A stretch of DNA of 63,780 nucleotides, the filler included, from Bigelowiella natans CCMP2755 (taxonomy: Eukaryota > Protista > Cercozoa), in NCBI GenBank assembly GCA_000320545.1. It is 7 parts of 7 records of this genome, joined end to end, with 100 filler letters (N's around TTAATTAATTAA, not from the genome) between each part and the next. Parts side by side here need not be neighbours in the genome. Positions count along the whole stretch, not along the records: positions 39,027 to 56,575 come from ADNK01002501.1; 6 more parts are not named here. The stretch is one strand, 5' to 3'. A model generated the notes under the pieces. That model saw only the letters and a list, made by a program, of their open reading frames with translations. It ran no database searches and was not told the origin of the DNA. Numbering within the stretch: the stretch's first letter is position 1; the number at the start of each line of letters is the position of its first letter. Both the position numbers and the translations under genes were made by a program. Shown here piece after piece: positions 39,027-52,915 of the stretch.

Positions 39027-39331
39027 AGTACCAGGATTCAGTTAGTAGAAACTTTACCCCCGCCTTGGTTGTGTTCTCCCCCCCCCCCCCCCTCGTTAAA
39101 ACTTCTAGAACATAAGTTAAGCCGCAAACATCTAAGCCAGAATTGCAACAATAGTGCTACTTTACGTTCACCCTGCCCGAAGTGAGAGGCTGAAGAACAG
39201 AGATGGTGTTGCGTTGTGTATTAATTAATGGTATCGATGCGACGTAACATTACACCATTGAAAGCAGCGCGGGGAGCTATCCATCGGGTGGGTCTTTGGT
39301 GAAGCTATGTCGGTCAAGAAACAACAGCTCA

Positions 39332-39373
<42 letters not shown>

Positions 39374-39389
39374 ATCTCTCTGTCTATGC

Positions 39390-39440
<51 letters not shown>

Positions 39441-39487
39441 TCTGTGTATTGAAACATCACACAAGCCAAACTGCTATCGCCTTCATT

Positions 39488-39519
<32 letters not shown>

Positions 39520-39601
39520 TACCATTAGCATCACCAATGTCACAATCCTCCTTGTCGCGGTCGTGATTGCCATACCCGCCGGCTTCTCCTCAACTTCACA
39601 G

Positions 39602-39784
39602 GAGATTAGTGCGGAGGAGGAGGGCGACATTCGCAGAGTCTTTGATTCCGTGGACACGAACAAGTCCTTCATCCATCATGGGGCATATTCGCACACAACT
39701 CTGCACTTACCTTCCTAATATGAATATATGCTACATTAAAGAGTACGTTTATGTGTGCGTGTGCGTGCGCGTGTGAGTGTGTGC

Positions 39785-39878
<94 letters not shown>

Positions 39879-40987
39879 CAATCTCCCCTCCCACCTGAAG
39901 CTTGGTTGGCACCACAGGGACGAAACGATAGATGTAGAGGAGCTCAGAGGGGCGGTGAGAGAGGAAAAGGTGGTATCCCTGTCAAATCATTGATACATTA
40001 ACTCTCGCCCCCACCCTAGCCTCCATCAATCTCTCTGTGCAATCCATTCATCCTACACGTGACGATATGCGTCGTTGTTCTTTGCGCCCATTTTCTGTAC
40101 CGATAATGAGCGTGTTGATGATGAAGCATCGGCTGCGACATGTGCGTCTCTTGTTCTTGCCGCTGCTGCTGCTGGGTTGTCGTGGTAGGTGAGGACGGTG
40201 CTGCCGTTGAAGAGACTCCTGAGAGAGGTGAGATGACAAGCGGGGATAATGACAATGGCAAACAATTACGATGATAATGATGATGATGACGACAAGAGTG
40301 GGGTTAGGGAAGGGAGAACCGTGAGCAATAGAGCCCTGACATGTGAAACTTGTTGGACTTTGTAAGCTACAATCTTGCGCATCTTCTGCAACAATGATGA
40401 CTCCCCCCCCCCCCTCCCCCCCCCCTTCCTCCCTGAGATGTCCGTATTCCTGCCGCTGTGCGACACCTCGCCATGCCGAGGTTGAGTGCGCCCATGACCA
40501 CCTACTATGCATTGTTAGATGTCACGAGAGGCGGGAACGATGATGGACTTCGATCAGTTTCGGAAGTGGTGCAGAGGCGAGTTAGCAATCATCCAGGTGG
40601 CAGTTGTAGAGTAGTAGCAGTGGTAGGAGGAGGCCTGGCGGGTTGGTTTCATTCATCGCCCATAACACGAGTAGCCTTCTCATGTGCTGATATGATGCGC
40701 TCAGATCCATGCACGCTACGTCCACGAAATGCAACGAATATTTGAGACGTACAAGGTGGGGATGTTTGTTGTTGCCATGGGTATATGATGATGTGGAGGG
40801 GGAGGGGGGGGAGGGGGGTGGGGGGGGGGTCGAAAGACATCGTATATATTCGGAAGATTGACGACATATTCCTCGTCGCTCACATATTATCTTGGCCTCG
40901 GCTGCAATGTAGATTAGAAGCTATGATGAAACAATAAGGCACACGATCATGATTATGCACATGTATCATCAGATGTACACATGCACA

Positions 40988-41035
<48 letters not shown>

Positions 41036-41200
41036 AGTAGATATATTGTATTATAACTTTTCAGCATTACTTTTATGAAGCTTTTTTAGAAAAAAAAACT
41101 CAATTTATTCTAACTCAAATCCAAATTCACCGTCTCAGGAAAACTTCGGTTATGGTCCGGAAGAGACGTTGACCATTGTAGATGCTCTAGCTATGAATGA
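39602..41200 (+). CDS. EF-hand protein, 3' fragment
   Basis: Spliced: [66 protein letters not shown] (one canonical and one degenerate EF loop); the last exon is uncertain. Confidence 0.65.
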
Positions 41201-42209
41201 GAGCAAAAAGGAAGCGTAGTTGTCCTGTAATTATGTCAAAAATCCTCAGCACGCATTGACTGATAAGAAGTCATCATCATGAGTCTAGGAGTACTTGTCG
41301 AAAAATTATTTGCGCTCGAGGGTTGCGATGCGAACACCAATTTTGCACGCATCGCTCATCACATGTACAAGCGCAAGGCTCGTGCACATGGTACTATCTA
41401 GATATCTAGCTATCACCGATGCCCGTCATTAAAGTGCGCTGCAGCACATGCGCCTACTTTGCTCCGAGCAAGCACTGGCAGCTCCACTAGTCCATGTGCG
41501 CTGCAATGATGTTGTTTGCTGCACATGCGCGCTCTAGCGCTGGTGGGTGGCAGTTTTACAACACATGTGGTGCACGTATGTGTGAGATTAAGCGCGCGAT
41601 CACGACTTTATACGACAGCCTACTAATTCGTGCGTGTTACTATATGTAGAGTAGCGCTTGGCATCAAGCCACAGCGCAGATCTAGAGATGGGAAGCAAAG
41701 CGTTTCATGTCGTACATGTACATGCGCGCGTTGTCAGTAATATGGCGCACCGCATATACTGGCGTACCTTGCATTGTGATCAGCAGGCGCGCAGGCGCGT
41801 CGCCGAGGCCGTGCGACCAGTCGCACCGATATCACACGCAGTAGTAGCATCGTAGCACTGCCAGCTTCGCGAAGAGACGGGCAGAGAATTAAGAGCAAAA
41901 TTATGAAGGTGTGTGCGTGCAGCATGCACTCATGTAGCGTGCAAATTCCGCGTTGCAATGCCAAACCCGCCATTTGGTAATTTGGTACATGCGTGCATTA
42001 CGTACATGCTTCAAATGGGAGGGGCAGGAGGCGATTATGACATCAGTTGCTTACAACCTCGAGGATCTTAACGGCTCGATTGTATTTTAACTTTGCAGCC
42101 TTTTTATCCGTCTTTTCTGTGTGAATAGGGTACGTTTTTAGAAGAGAAACGCGCACTGGAAGAATCAGTAATCTTCGCGGTCTGAGCATGAAAATCCTGT
42201 GAGAGCAAG

Positions 42210-44111
42210 TTAGCTACCTTTACTACCTTTTTCTGTTGTATCTACTTTCTCATCAAAGTCCCTGACGATATCTTCGGCCTCTGTTGTCAAAGTACAACTC
42301 GGTAAGGTAGGAGGAAAATCAAGTGAAAAACTGCGACCTTTTCTGGTCCTCTCGCCGCTAATGCCACTCAACGCAACAATGTACCTACACAACATAAGTG
42401 AAGCTTTTGTGAGTTTTTCCCCTTTTTTTGAAAAAAGTAAGAGACACGCTCCTGCAACTTTTACTTTAGAAAAATTTTGAAATGGGTCTTCTTTATCTTG
42501 GATCGATCGTAGCAGTTGGCTGAACAAAGAGATGGTTTGAGGGGGGGGGGTGAGGCGTGAAACTTAAAGCAAGATCTGTTTGCTTTCCCCAAATGCCTCT
42601 CACCAAGAAGATAGTTTTGAGAATTTTTCCTGAACTTCCAATTCTTCCTATCGCTCTCCCATAGGTCCAGATACCTACCATCATTGCAACGAATATAATT
42701 ATTTCTATCAAGCAAGAGAGATCTTCCAGAGCACACTCCTTCTCGCCGCACGGATGCAGAGAGAAAATTGAGGAAAACTACTTAAGCGCATCTTCGAGCT
42801 TATTCTTGGTCATAGACGCTGGCTGCTTTGAATCTAATTGTAGGATGAACAGTGAGCAGAACGAAGTTTACTCAAGAGAAAGACACCGTGCCTGTCTTTT
42901 TCTTTTTCTTCTTCTTCTTCTTTTCGCGCAGTTCGACCTGTTTATGGACATACACGCCACACAGAGCACGAGGGATGCAGAATATATGAGCATGCTCTAC
43001 GATATATCCAAAGTGATAAATCGCTGGACACCTTTATAGCCTTCCCTTCAACCTCAGTGCCTTTGTTATAACAAACGGTGGGTCAATAGACAATAGATGT
43101 ATCGATGTAGTACTGCTGGGGGACATCATTTACGAACAATCGCTTGATACCAAAGGGTCGTACGCATTATTGCTTTGTGAGAATACTTTACCGTCCAAGG
43201 CTAGCGCTAATTCAGAGGTGTCCTCTTTCGAAGAAGCTTTCTATGAAGATCAGTCAGAGGGTGAGTGAGTGAGTGAGTGAGTGAGTGAGGATGGCAAACG
43301 TGGGTCGGGGAAAAAGTTAACTTCCCACCCTGTTTTTCTTGATTGTAACATGAGCGAATCTCTGTGCTCCTTCGGTCTGCGTTGTAAGAGGCATTCATAC
43401 CAATGCTGCTTGTTTGGGAAAAGGGGGGGGGGGGTACCACATACCTCATGTATTGTGATATTGAGGATGTAGCCACAATGACTGAATAGTCTGAATTAGC
43501 AAATGGCTTGTCACAGCGCAATAGAAGTACGGCATATCTATTTGGTATGAGAAAAGAAATAGTAGAGTGCATGGGGCCAGGTTTGCTCCCAACATGCAAC
43601 CTACTTGTGCAAGTGCCTATCTGTGACGCTCTCCTCCTGTTAGGAACATTTTACTTCAGAATCATTCAAGACGATAAACTACAATTCGAATAATCCGCGA
43701 CCAGGTTGCCGACGTAAAGGACTACATCGTTCTTCTTCTTCTTTTTCTTCTTATTTGCCGTGTTGGCCCCAGCTCCTGACCGTCATAATAGGTAATCGAG
43801 AGTTGATATTTGCGGTATTCGCTCAAAAATAGACACTTGAGAGAAGGGAGGACAGAGTTTCGATGTCAGATCTGGCAGCTTGGCAACTGGGTCTACCTTT
43901 CGCGAGAACTTCGCTTTCATTTTCTTTGCTCGCTGTGTCATTCTCCATTGATCCGATAATTGTTTGGATTCTGAATATGCTGTTGCACAATGTTGTAAGT
44001 TAGAAATATTTTAATCATAAAAATATCTGTATCTCTGTCTTCATTATTTTCACACATTCCGGCCGATGATAGGAAACTTGCTTCGTCCGCAAGCGCTGGA
44101 AGAATATCCAT
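42210..44111 (-). CDS. Hypothetical multi-exon protein
   Basis: Series of short AG/GT-bounded coding-like segments ending ...AEDIVRDFDEKVDTTEKGSKGS*; no family recognised. Confidence 0.35.
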
Positions 44112-44642
44112 GGATATTCTCCGCATGAAAAAACAGACCAACTTTGGTCTGAAGGGCGGGCGAGTTTTTATTTTAGTTCCTTCCGCAAAAAGTTCGGGTT
44201 GGAGGGAAGCGATTTCGCTTTGTTCGAGCTCCCAGACTTTCAAATGTAGCCCCAAATTTAGCATTAAACCCGATAAATTCCCCTGCTTCCCAATCTTTTT
44301 GCTCCGAATCCCGGAAGTCGCGTGTCCTGCCCGCCAAAGGACGTCCCCGGGAAAGTTTCGCTCTTCGCGCAATAATTGTAGCTGTAGGAGATTATTTGCC
44401 TTGCGACAAAAGGATCGGAAAGACGTCCATATAAAAACCCACCTGTTGGGAACGCGACAAAGGTATCGATTGCCGAAGGGAAAGAGCTTCCCAATTCCCC
44501 CTGCCCACGCTTTTGAGTTTGTGCAAGAATTGGTGGATTAGCCGCTGGAGTAGACAGAGAAACATTTCTGGCATTCCTTTCCTTGGGGGACAGGGCATTG
44601 GATCATTGTTACACGCTGGATCAGTAGCCTTTCAAACCAACT

Positions 44643-46906
44643 ATGGAGGTTGAGAGCAACGTCAGCACGAACGATAGAAGTAGCAGCAGCGGCCCAATCA
44701 CTAGCAATAAGGAAAATTTAGAGGATCTGAACAGAATGAACGTGGAAGGTGACATGAAAACACCTCTTCCAGCTTCCAAAAGCGCAAAGGGTGTTCCGAT
44801 TAGTAGTTTCACAGCCAAAGAAGAAAGTTTGGTAGACCTTCAGAGCGGAGGAATCAATTCATGGAAACGACCGGATCTCCCAACCGTCAACCCGAGGACG
44901 GACTCAATCGGTAAGGGAACGGCCCCATCCTTTCAGAATATATTTCTGTTCCCCTCATTGCGAAGTATCGTAGTTTCACTCAATACGAAGACTTCATTCC
45001 ACACTCCACTCCCCTTTCCCCTCAGACTTCCAAAACACGGATGTCGACTATTACGAGAGCAGCAGCAGGACAGGCAGCAAGGAACCCGTGATAAGGATGT
45101 ATGGAGTCACGATGGGAGGCAACTCCGTTCTAGCGCATATAACGGGATTCGATCCCTATTTCTATGTTGCTGCATGGGAAGGCTTTGATCCTTCTTCCAA
45201 TGACCTCCAGCTATTCAAAAAAGCGCTCAATGTACGCCAGAACGTTCGTCTGTGCAGACCAGACCGCTCATCACATGCAATATTTTACAGGACGCGCTCA
45301 TGGCTGAGAATCGACACAGGGGGATAAAGCATTTCATCAAAAAGGTCGAATGTGTGCAGAAAAGGTCGCTGTGGCAGTACCAATTCCAAAAGCCGCGCCC
45401 CTTTCTCAAGATCACCACTGCCATCCCGGCCCTTGTAGCTGCTGGCCGAAGACTTTTGGAGAGGGGACTCCGCATTGGAAATATTGGTAACGTTTGTTGT
45501 GGGATCACTCAAAATGTTTTGTTTAATGCCTTGTTGTGTCATGCAAGGCTCCATGGCGTTCTCACCGGCGTATGAGGCAAATTTTCAATTCATTTTGCGC
45601 TACATGGTTGACAAGGACATCATTAGTGGGGGGTGGTGCAGATTGCAAGCTGGAAAGTATAAGGTACGGCCTGCTAGGGCCAAAATGTCGAGGTGCCAGC
45701 TTGAGGTTGATGTGGACGCGAAAGACCTCATGCCGCACCCAGCGGAGGGAGAGTGGCAGAAGATCGCCCCGATTCGAATTCTGAGTTTCGATATCGAGTG
45801 CTCCAGTCGTGAGAACAAATTTCCGGAGGCGGAGATTGATCCCGTGATTCAGATTGCGAATGCCGTCCAAGTTCTGGGGGAGAAGAAACCCTTCGTGAAG
45901 AACGTGTTCACGCTCAAAGGCTGCGCGCCCATCCCTGGAGCGGAGGTGATCCCTTCTGAAAAGGAGGCGAATATGCTCGTAAAGTGGAAACGGTTCATTG
46001 AGGCCGTTGACCCCGACATCATCACCGGTTATAACATCTGCAACTTCGACATCAAGTATATCCTCGATCGCGCTACAGCCTTGAAGGCGGAGGAAGTCGC
46101 TTACCTAGGTAACACCAGTCGCCGCCACGAGCATTAGCTGCTGCGTGTGTTCTAGTGGTGCGGCCGCACAAAGCCATGTCAACTCAAGAACCCATGATTG
46201 ATGAACGCGTGTGCTGTGGTGTTTCTTAGGTCGGATCAAAGGGTCCAAGTCAACGATGAGAGAATCAACCTTCTCGTCCAAGCAGTACGGGAAGCGGGAA
46301 AACACCGAGACGACGATCTTAGGGGTCGTGCAGTTTGACGCGATCAAGATAATACGGCGCGACTTCAAGCTGACCTCGTACAGCCTCAACAACGTTTCCG
46401 CTCACTTCCTCGGCCAGCAGAAGGAGGACGTTCACTACTCCATCATCACCGACTTACAGAACGGCACGGACGTCACCAGGCGGCGCTTGGCGGTATACTG
46501 CCTCAAAGACGCCTATCTCCCTCTCCTCCTGCTTGAGAAGCTGATGCTGCTTGTCAACCATATCGAAATGGCTCGCGTAACCGGGGTAACCCTCACGTAC
46601 TTGGTCACGCGCGGACAGCAGATCAAGGTGCGTCGCAACGACGGATACCCGTGCACGTTCTTGAGTTTACTCTTCGTGTGTGTAGCGGCAGTGCGCAGCA
46701 GGAGCTGACCGTTGAATATCTTCGAGCAGGTTCTCTCCCAGCTTTATCGCAAGGCCAAAGGCAAAGGGTTTGTTGTTCCCGTGAGACCGCGGCACAACAC
46801 CGATGACAAATTTGAGGGCGCAACCGTCATCGAACCGAAAAAAGGTGGGGGGTGACGTGTAGATTGGGGAGAGCGAGAGAGGAGGGGAGGGCGGATTGAA
46901 AGAAAG

Positions 46907-46949
<43 letters not shown>

Positions 46950-46968
46950 GGATTGAAAGAAAGAGAGA

Positions 46969-47015
<47 letters not shown>

Positions 47016-48064
47016 TTGCGGGTATGGCGATCTAAACAATTCGGATCTTCCCAAAGGTTCCAGAATATCATCTTGCGTGGTGCCATAATAACTTCCTCCC
47101 TGCCCTCCAATTATCATGTGCCTGATCTTCCCTTCTTCTTCTTCTTCTTCTTCTTCTTCTTCTCCTTCTTCTCTCTCTCTGTCCAGCCTACTACCGGGAC
47201 CCGATTGCCACTCTCGACTTTGCATCCCTGTACCCCTCCATCATGATGGCGCACAACCTGTGCTACACCACCTACATCGCCCGGCACGAAGTAAAGAACG
47301 TGCCCGCCCACATGTACGAGAGGACCCCCTTGGGTCACTGCTTCATCAAAAAGGAAGTTCAGGAAGGCCTATTACCAGAGGTAAGAGGAGGAGGGGGAGG
47401 AGGGGGAGGAGGAGGAGGAGGAGGAGGAGGAGGAGGAGGAGGAATAAGAAGAAGAGACAGAAAAACGAGTGCCGCCACTACCCAAACGCAGCTTGACTTG
47501 ACACACCCCACCGCAGGTCTTGAGAGAGCTTCTGGCTGCCCGTAAGCTAGCCAAAAAGGCAATGAAGAAGGAAACCGGTAATTAACGAAGAAGAAGAAGA
47601 AGAAGAAGAAGAAATGGAGAGGGGGCGGAGGAGGAGGAAGAAGAGAGTTCCCTCTCAGCAGATAGAGGCCCGTCGTTCATACCCAGAGCGACATCTTTCA
47701 TAACACTACTAACCGCGCCTTGGGCGTTCGTGTCGGCGGCGGTGTAATCTGTAATTTGTAGACCCGTTCAAGAAGGCCGTCCTCAACGGCCGGCAGCTCG
47801 CCCTGAAGATCAGCGCAAACTCGGTGTACGGTTTCACCGGAGCGCAGGTACCCACAGCTGCTTGTTCGCAAAATGGTGATGGCGGGACTTCTGCTGTTTT
47901 GTTTTCTTCTTCTTCTTCTTCTTCTTCTTCTTCTTCGTGCAACGGAGTCGGTGTTTGCACGCGTGCGAAGCGTAGTATGTTGATGGTTGTGACGACGGAC
48001 TTTTGACGCACTGTGAGGCATTTGCCAATCTTGAGGCCGGTTCTCGTTCGCGTCTCAATGATCG

Positions 48065-48138
<74 letters not shown>

Positions 48139-48421
48139 GCACATATATAACGACTATGGTCATCATGAGTAATTGTCGAATTCTTCTTCTTATTCTTCTT
48201 CTTATTCTTCTTCTTCTTCCAGGTTGGCCAACTTCCCTGCCTCGAGATATCTTCGGGAGTCACCGCATACGGTAGCAGCACGCGCAACATGAGAAAAATA
48301 ATGGGGAGGGGATTCGATTATGGACCAGAAAATTGAGGGGGGGGAGGAGAAAAAGGGAGAAAAGGGGAGAATAGTGTTATTCGCAGCGGAAGAATCGTGC
48401 CACTGCAGCTGCTGCTGCTGC

Positions 48422-48455
<34 letters not shown>

Positions 48456-48739
48456 TACCATAATAATCTTCAGGGAGGAAGATGATTGATGAAACGAAAC
48501 GGCTTGTGGAAGAGAAGTATACCATGGCGAACGGCTACAAACACAACGCAGAGGTGATATATGTGACGACGCGGCAACGACGACGATGATGATGATGACA
48601 ATGACCAGGGGTGATGATGGTGCGGTGAGCAAGAGACGGCCGATCGCAACGTGTATGTGATCTCCGCCATTCTTCGCGATTTCTTTCTTCGGAAAGAAAC
48701 TCTGTGTGAGTGAGTGTGAGAGTCAGCATGTGTGTATGC

Positions 48740-48775
<36 letters not shown>

Positions 48776-49408
48776 CGCTCTATTTTCATCTGAAGTGACA
48801 CTTTGCCTTTACAATGCTTGCGAACCAAACAGGTTGTGTATGGGGACACCGACTCGGTCATGATCAAATTCGGTGGGAATAGTGACCAGCACAAACAATG
48901 ATAACTTCAACAACAGCAGCACCAACAACAATAACAATAATAACAATTCCTACCACAGCCACCACCTACCACCACGCATATCTTCTGAATGCACCTACTG
49001 CTACTATCACGATATTTTCCATTATTAACGCACCCGCGCACTACCGGTGACGAGGCGACTGCTGCTGCTGCCGCTGCTGCTGCATAGTAGACCTCGAAAT
49101 AATGACTGCTCTTTCCGCAGGGGTTGACACCGTGGCCGAGTCTATGAAGCTTGGCGAGGAGGCTGCCACTGAGATCACAAAGCACTTCACTCCTCCTATT
49201 CGACTGGGTACCTTCCAATCATTGCGGTTTTTCCAACCGCTCGATGGCGACACGACGGTTGCCCCGCCTCGAGCAAACTGCCTACGACAACGACGGCTAC
49301 TAACAACTATTCTTACTGACAACTACTCGGTGCTGGTTTCTTTGGTTTGAGTTCTCTTTCCTGACATCCTCCGTATTGCTTGTTGTGCGCTCGCTGTTGT
49401 CGTCGTCG

Positions 49409-49442
<34 letters not shown>

Positions 49443-49603
49443 GCGAACGCCGTAGAATTCGAGAAGGTGTACTACCCTTACCTTTTGATGAACAAGAAGC
49501 GGTACGCTGGGTTGTATTGGACAAACCCTGTGAAATGGGACAAGATGGACTGCAAGGTAGAGCCGCCGCCATCATCGGCGTGCCAGCAACGACGATCATA
49601 ATG

Positions 49604-49645
<42 letters not shown>

Positions 49646-49813
49646 ATTACTGACGACACTCACGCGCGCGGCGCGCACATGCACAATGGTGCAGGGTATC
49701 GAGACCGTCCGCCGCGACAACTGCCAGCTTGTGCGTACGGTGGTTGACGAGTGCCTTCACCGCCTTCTGGTCAAGAAGGATCAGGTAACCATCCCCACCC
49801 GCCACGTTTGCAA

Positions 49814-49856
<43 letters not shown>

Positions 49857-50744
49857 TGTCTATGCTTCGCTGCGACGACAGCTGCAGCTGCTCTCCCTCC
49901 CCCCCCCCCCCTCTCTCTCGCATTCCTTCTTCGTTCTTCTCTCACGGCGTTTACTCACTCGTTTCACGCCCCAGAACTCCGCCGTGAATTACGTGAAGCG
50001 CATCGTGTCGGACCTGCTCTGCAACCGTGTTGACTTGTCCATGCTGGTGATCTCGAAGGCCCTTTCCAAGACCGACTACGCAGGTTACGGCCGTCGCCAC
50101 CCATCCCCATAAACAAAGAAATAAACAAACAAACGAACAAACAAACGAAACACCACATCACGCCGCCGTGATCGTCCGTTTTCTCCGGCTCCACTGCAAA
50201 CTGCGCGAGCGGCTGAGCAGCGCGGGGGCCTCGGAGCGATGGCCGGTTTTGTCGCCTCGGCGAACCCTGTTCTGAACGATTGATGGCAACACACCGACAG
50301 GCAAGCAAGCGCATGTAGAGCTCGCCAAGAAGATGTCGAAGCGCGACGCCGCGAGCGCGCCGAAGCTAGGGGACCGAGTCGCGTATGTCATCACGCAGGG
50401 ATGCAAAGGTGGCAAACCGTCGTGAGTGAGTCAGAGGATTGGATGGGGTGGGTGCGTGGGTGGGTGGGAGGGGCGGGTGGTGCGCGGAGGACGAGATTCG
50501 AGTCGTGGAAAGGAGAGATTTTCTTTCTTCTTCTTCTTCTTCTTCTTCTTTCTTCTTCTTCTTCGTCATCTTCCTCCTCATCACCATGATCATCGTCGTC
50601 GTCACCCAGGGGCGAAGAACTTTGAGAAAGCGGAGGACCCGATTTATGTGTTGGAGCACAATCTCTCCATCGACTACTCCTACTATTTAGACAACCAGCT
50701 CAAACTGCCACTCACTCGTATCTTCGAGCCTGTTATCGGAAAGG

Positions 50745-50798
<54 letters not shown>

Positions 50799-51178
50799 AT
50801 TCTCTCTCCCATTCTCTCTCCTCCCTCCTCCCTCCCCCCCTCCCCCACTCAAACACACCGTCTGCGTGCACCCAACACCGCACCGTCTTTGCAGAATCAA
50901 CAGCCTGACTCATCGCGTGTTTGCTCGGTGCTGCTGGTTTTGCAAGGTTTCGATGCTGTTCCAAGGCGAGCATACCCGCAAGATTAAACTGGGCAGAGCT
51001 ATGAGCGGCGGCATGATGAAGTCAGGAAAACCAACATCACAACTGCAACAGCCAATAAAATAAAACCACAAAATACAACCAAAAAAAAAAGAAGGAAAAA
51101 TGGGGAGGGGGTGGTGACGCGACGGCGACAACGACGCCCTCGTCGCGTCCTCAAAGCATTTCTCGTATAGTTGCTTCC

Positions 51179-51222
<44 letters not shown>

Positions 51223-52336
51223 TATTTATTTATTTGTATTTATGCTCCGCCATTAACTCACTCACGGACTCTGAAAATTTGCGGCAGGTTTGCAGTGAAA
51301 ACAGAGAAGTGCCTCAACTGCAACGTCCCTCTCAAGAGAGGTCAGATTCTCTCCTTTCGCCTATTGTTTACCGGGAGATGACAGAGATCATAGAGACAGG
51401 AAGATAGCCAATAATGGCAATGAGAGCGCAGCAGTGCATCTGGCTTGGCATTAGTTCATATCGTGACCGCCACCTACCGCGCTGATATCGATCTTTTGTT
51501 TGTTTCTTTGTGGCGCAGGGCGTCGAACAATATGCGTGCATTGTGAGCATCTATTGCCCGTTCTCTACAACAAGAAACTCTCCATAGCGCGAAAGAAGGT
51601 GCTGTCCTTTTTAGTATCTTTTTCTTTCTTTTTGTGTTTTGGGAGGAGGAGGAGGAGGAGGAGGAGGAGGAGGAGGAGGAGGAGGGGAGGAGGGATAGGC
51701 AGCGCACGCCTTTGGAAGTAGAAAAAAAGAACCCGAGATGAATGAGTGCACTTGTGGTGCTGCTCAATTCTTCTAATTCTTCTTCTTCTTCTTCTTCTTC
51801 TTCTTCTTCTTTCTTCTTCTTACTCTTCTTCTTCTTCCAGGAAAAACTCTTCAACAAGCTTTGGACTCAATGCCAAAGGTAGGCGTCTTTTCCCGGTTAT
51901 TTACATGAGTACTGCGAGTCTGCGTTGGGGCTTGCTTTTGAGAAGAACACAACTTGGAGCTGGCCCACTTCACTAAATGATAGCCGTGCTTTAAAATGAT
52001 GAGCATTGATATCTATGCATGCCTCTTGCATCACCCGACGGACGTGGGAGCATTGATATCTATGCATGCCTCTTGCATCACCCGACGGACGTGGCAGAGA
52101 AAGGGAGAGAGAAGACGTCATCTCTGTTATCCGAACGATTTCATTCTTCTAACGATTGCATGTGTCGGTTGTGTTTTCTTTCTTTCTTCTTCTTCTTCTC
52201 CCTCCAAAGATGTTCGGGTAGCCTTCATCAGGATGTGCTGTGCTCAAACAAGGACTGCCCCATCTTCTACCGGCGGACCAAGGTACAAAAAGACCTCAAA
52301 GAGGCGCACTCGATACTCGACAAATTCGATTTCTGA
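44643..52336 (+). CDS. POLD1: DNA polymerase delta catalytic subunit (complete; 23 exons, 22 GT-AG introns)
   Basis: [15 protein letters not shown], Exo motifs FDIEC / GYNICNFD / YCLKDA, Pol motifs [54 protein letters not shown], CysA (CLNC..CVHC) and CysB ([17 protein letters not shown]); stop at 52334-52336. Confidence 0.97.
52001..52094 (+). repeat. Perfect 47-bp tandem duplication in the last POLD1 intron
   Basis: GAGCATTGATATCTATGCATGCCTCTTGCATCACCCGACGGACGTGG occurs at 52001-52047 and 52048-52094. Confidence 0.9.
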
Positions 52337-52915
52337 GCGCGGAGTCGGCGACTTGCTTGTAACCGTCCCCACTGTCTGCTGCTTGGTAGCGGTAAAGCCG
52401 AGAATAAATTAAAACTCTCTCGCTGAATTATGAATTGAACACTCGCGCTTTGCGGTACGTTCCGAAGAAAATGACAAAAAGCCTCGCGAAAACCAATTGA
52501 TCAATGTGTACATGTACATCATTGTGTGGTCGATAATGCGGCAGTGTTGCGGGCTACATGCATGTCTAGCTGTGACGCAACACGGGGATCGAGCAACGGC
52601 ACATCGCTGTTAATGCCAGTGAGAACTAAATGCGTCTCAAACACGATCGAATCCTATAACGCAGGCGCTGGAAAGCTCAGTAATCCATTCGATCATGATT
52701 GTGACATGATGCAGCTAATACAAGCAAAATAAGTGCTGTTAGTTTATGCCTCATTCGATGTCGATGTACACCGCGTGCGACGCACTTTCTAATGCATGCG
52801 TGCTCGTTCGCATGACGTGGCGCTATTGCTGTAGCAAAACGACGCGGCGCTATCTGCCTATATAGCTCGATGTTTCGTGCTGTTCAATGGCATTCTGTGG
52901 GGTAGTCAAATCAAA

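Noticed and set aside
44643-52336. Non-canonical splicing, alternative genetic code, inteins or introner-like repeated introns
   Set aside because: All 22 POLD1 introns and the traced ISWI introns are GT-AG, exons translate with the standard code, and introns show no shared sequence beyond simple repeats.
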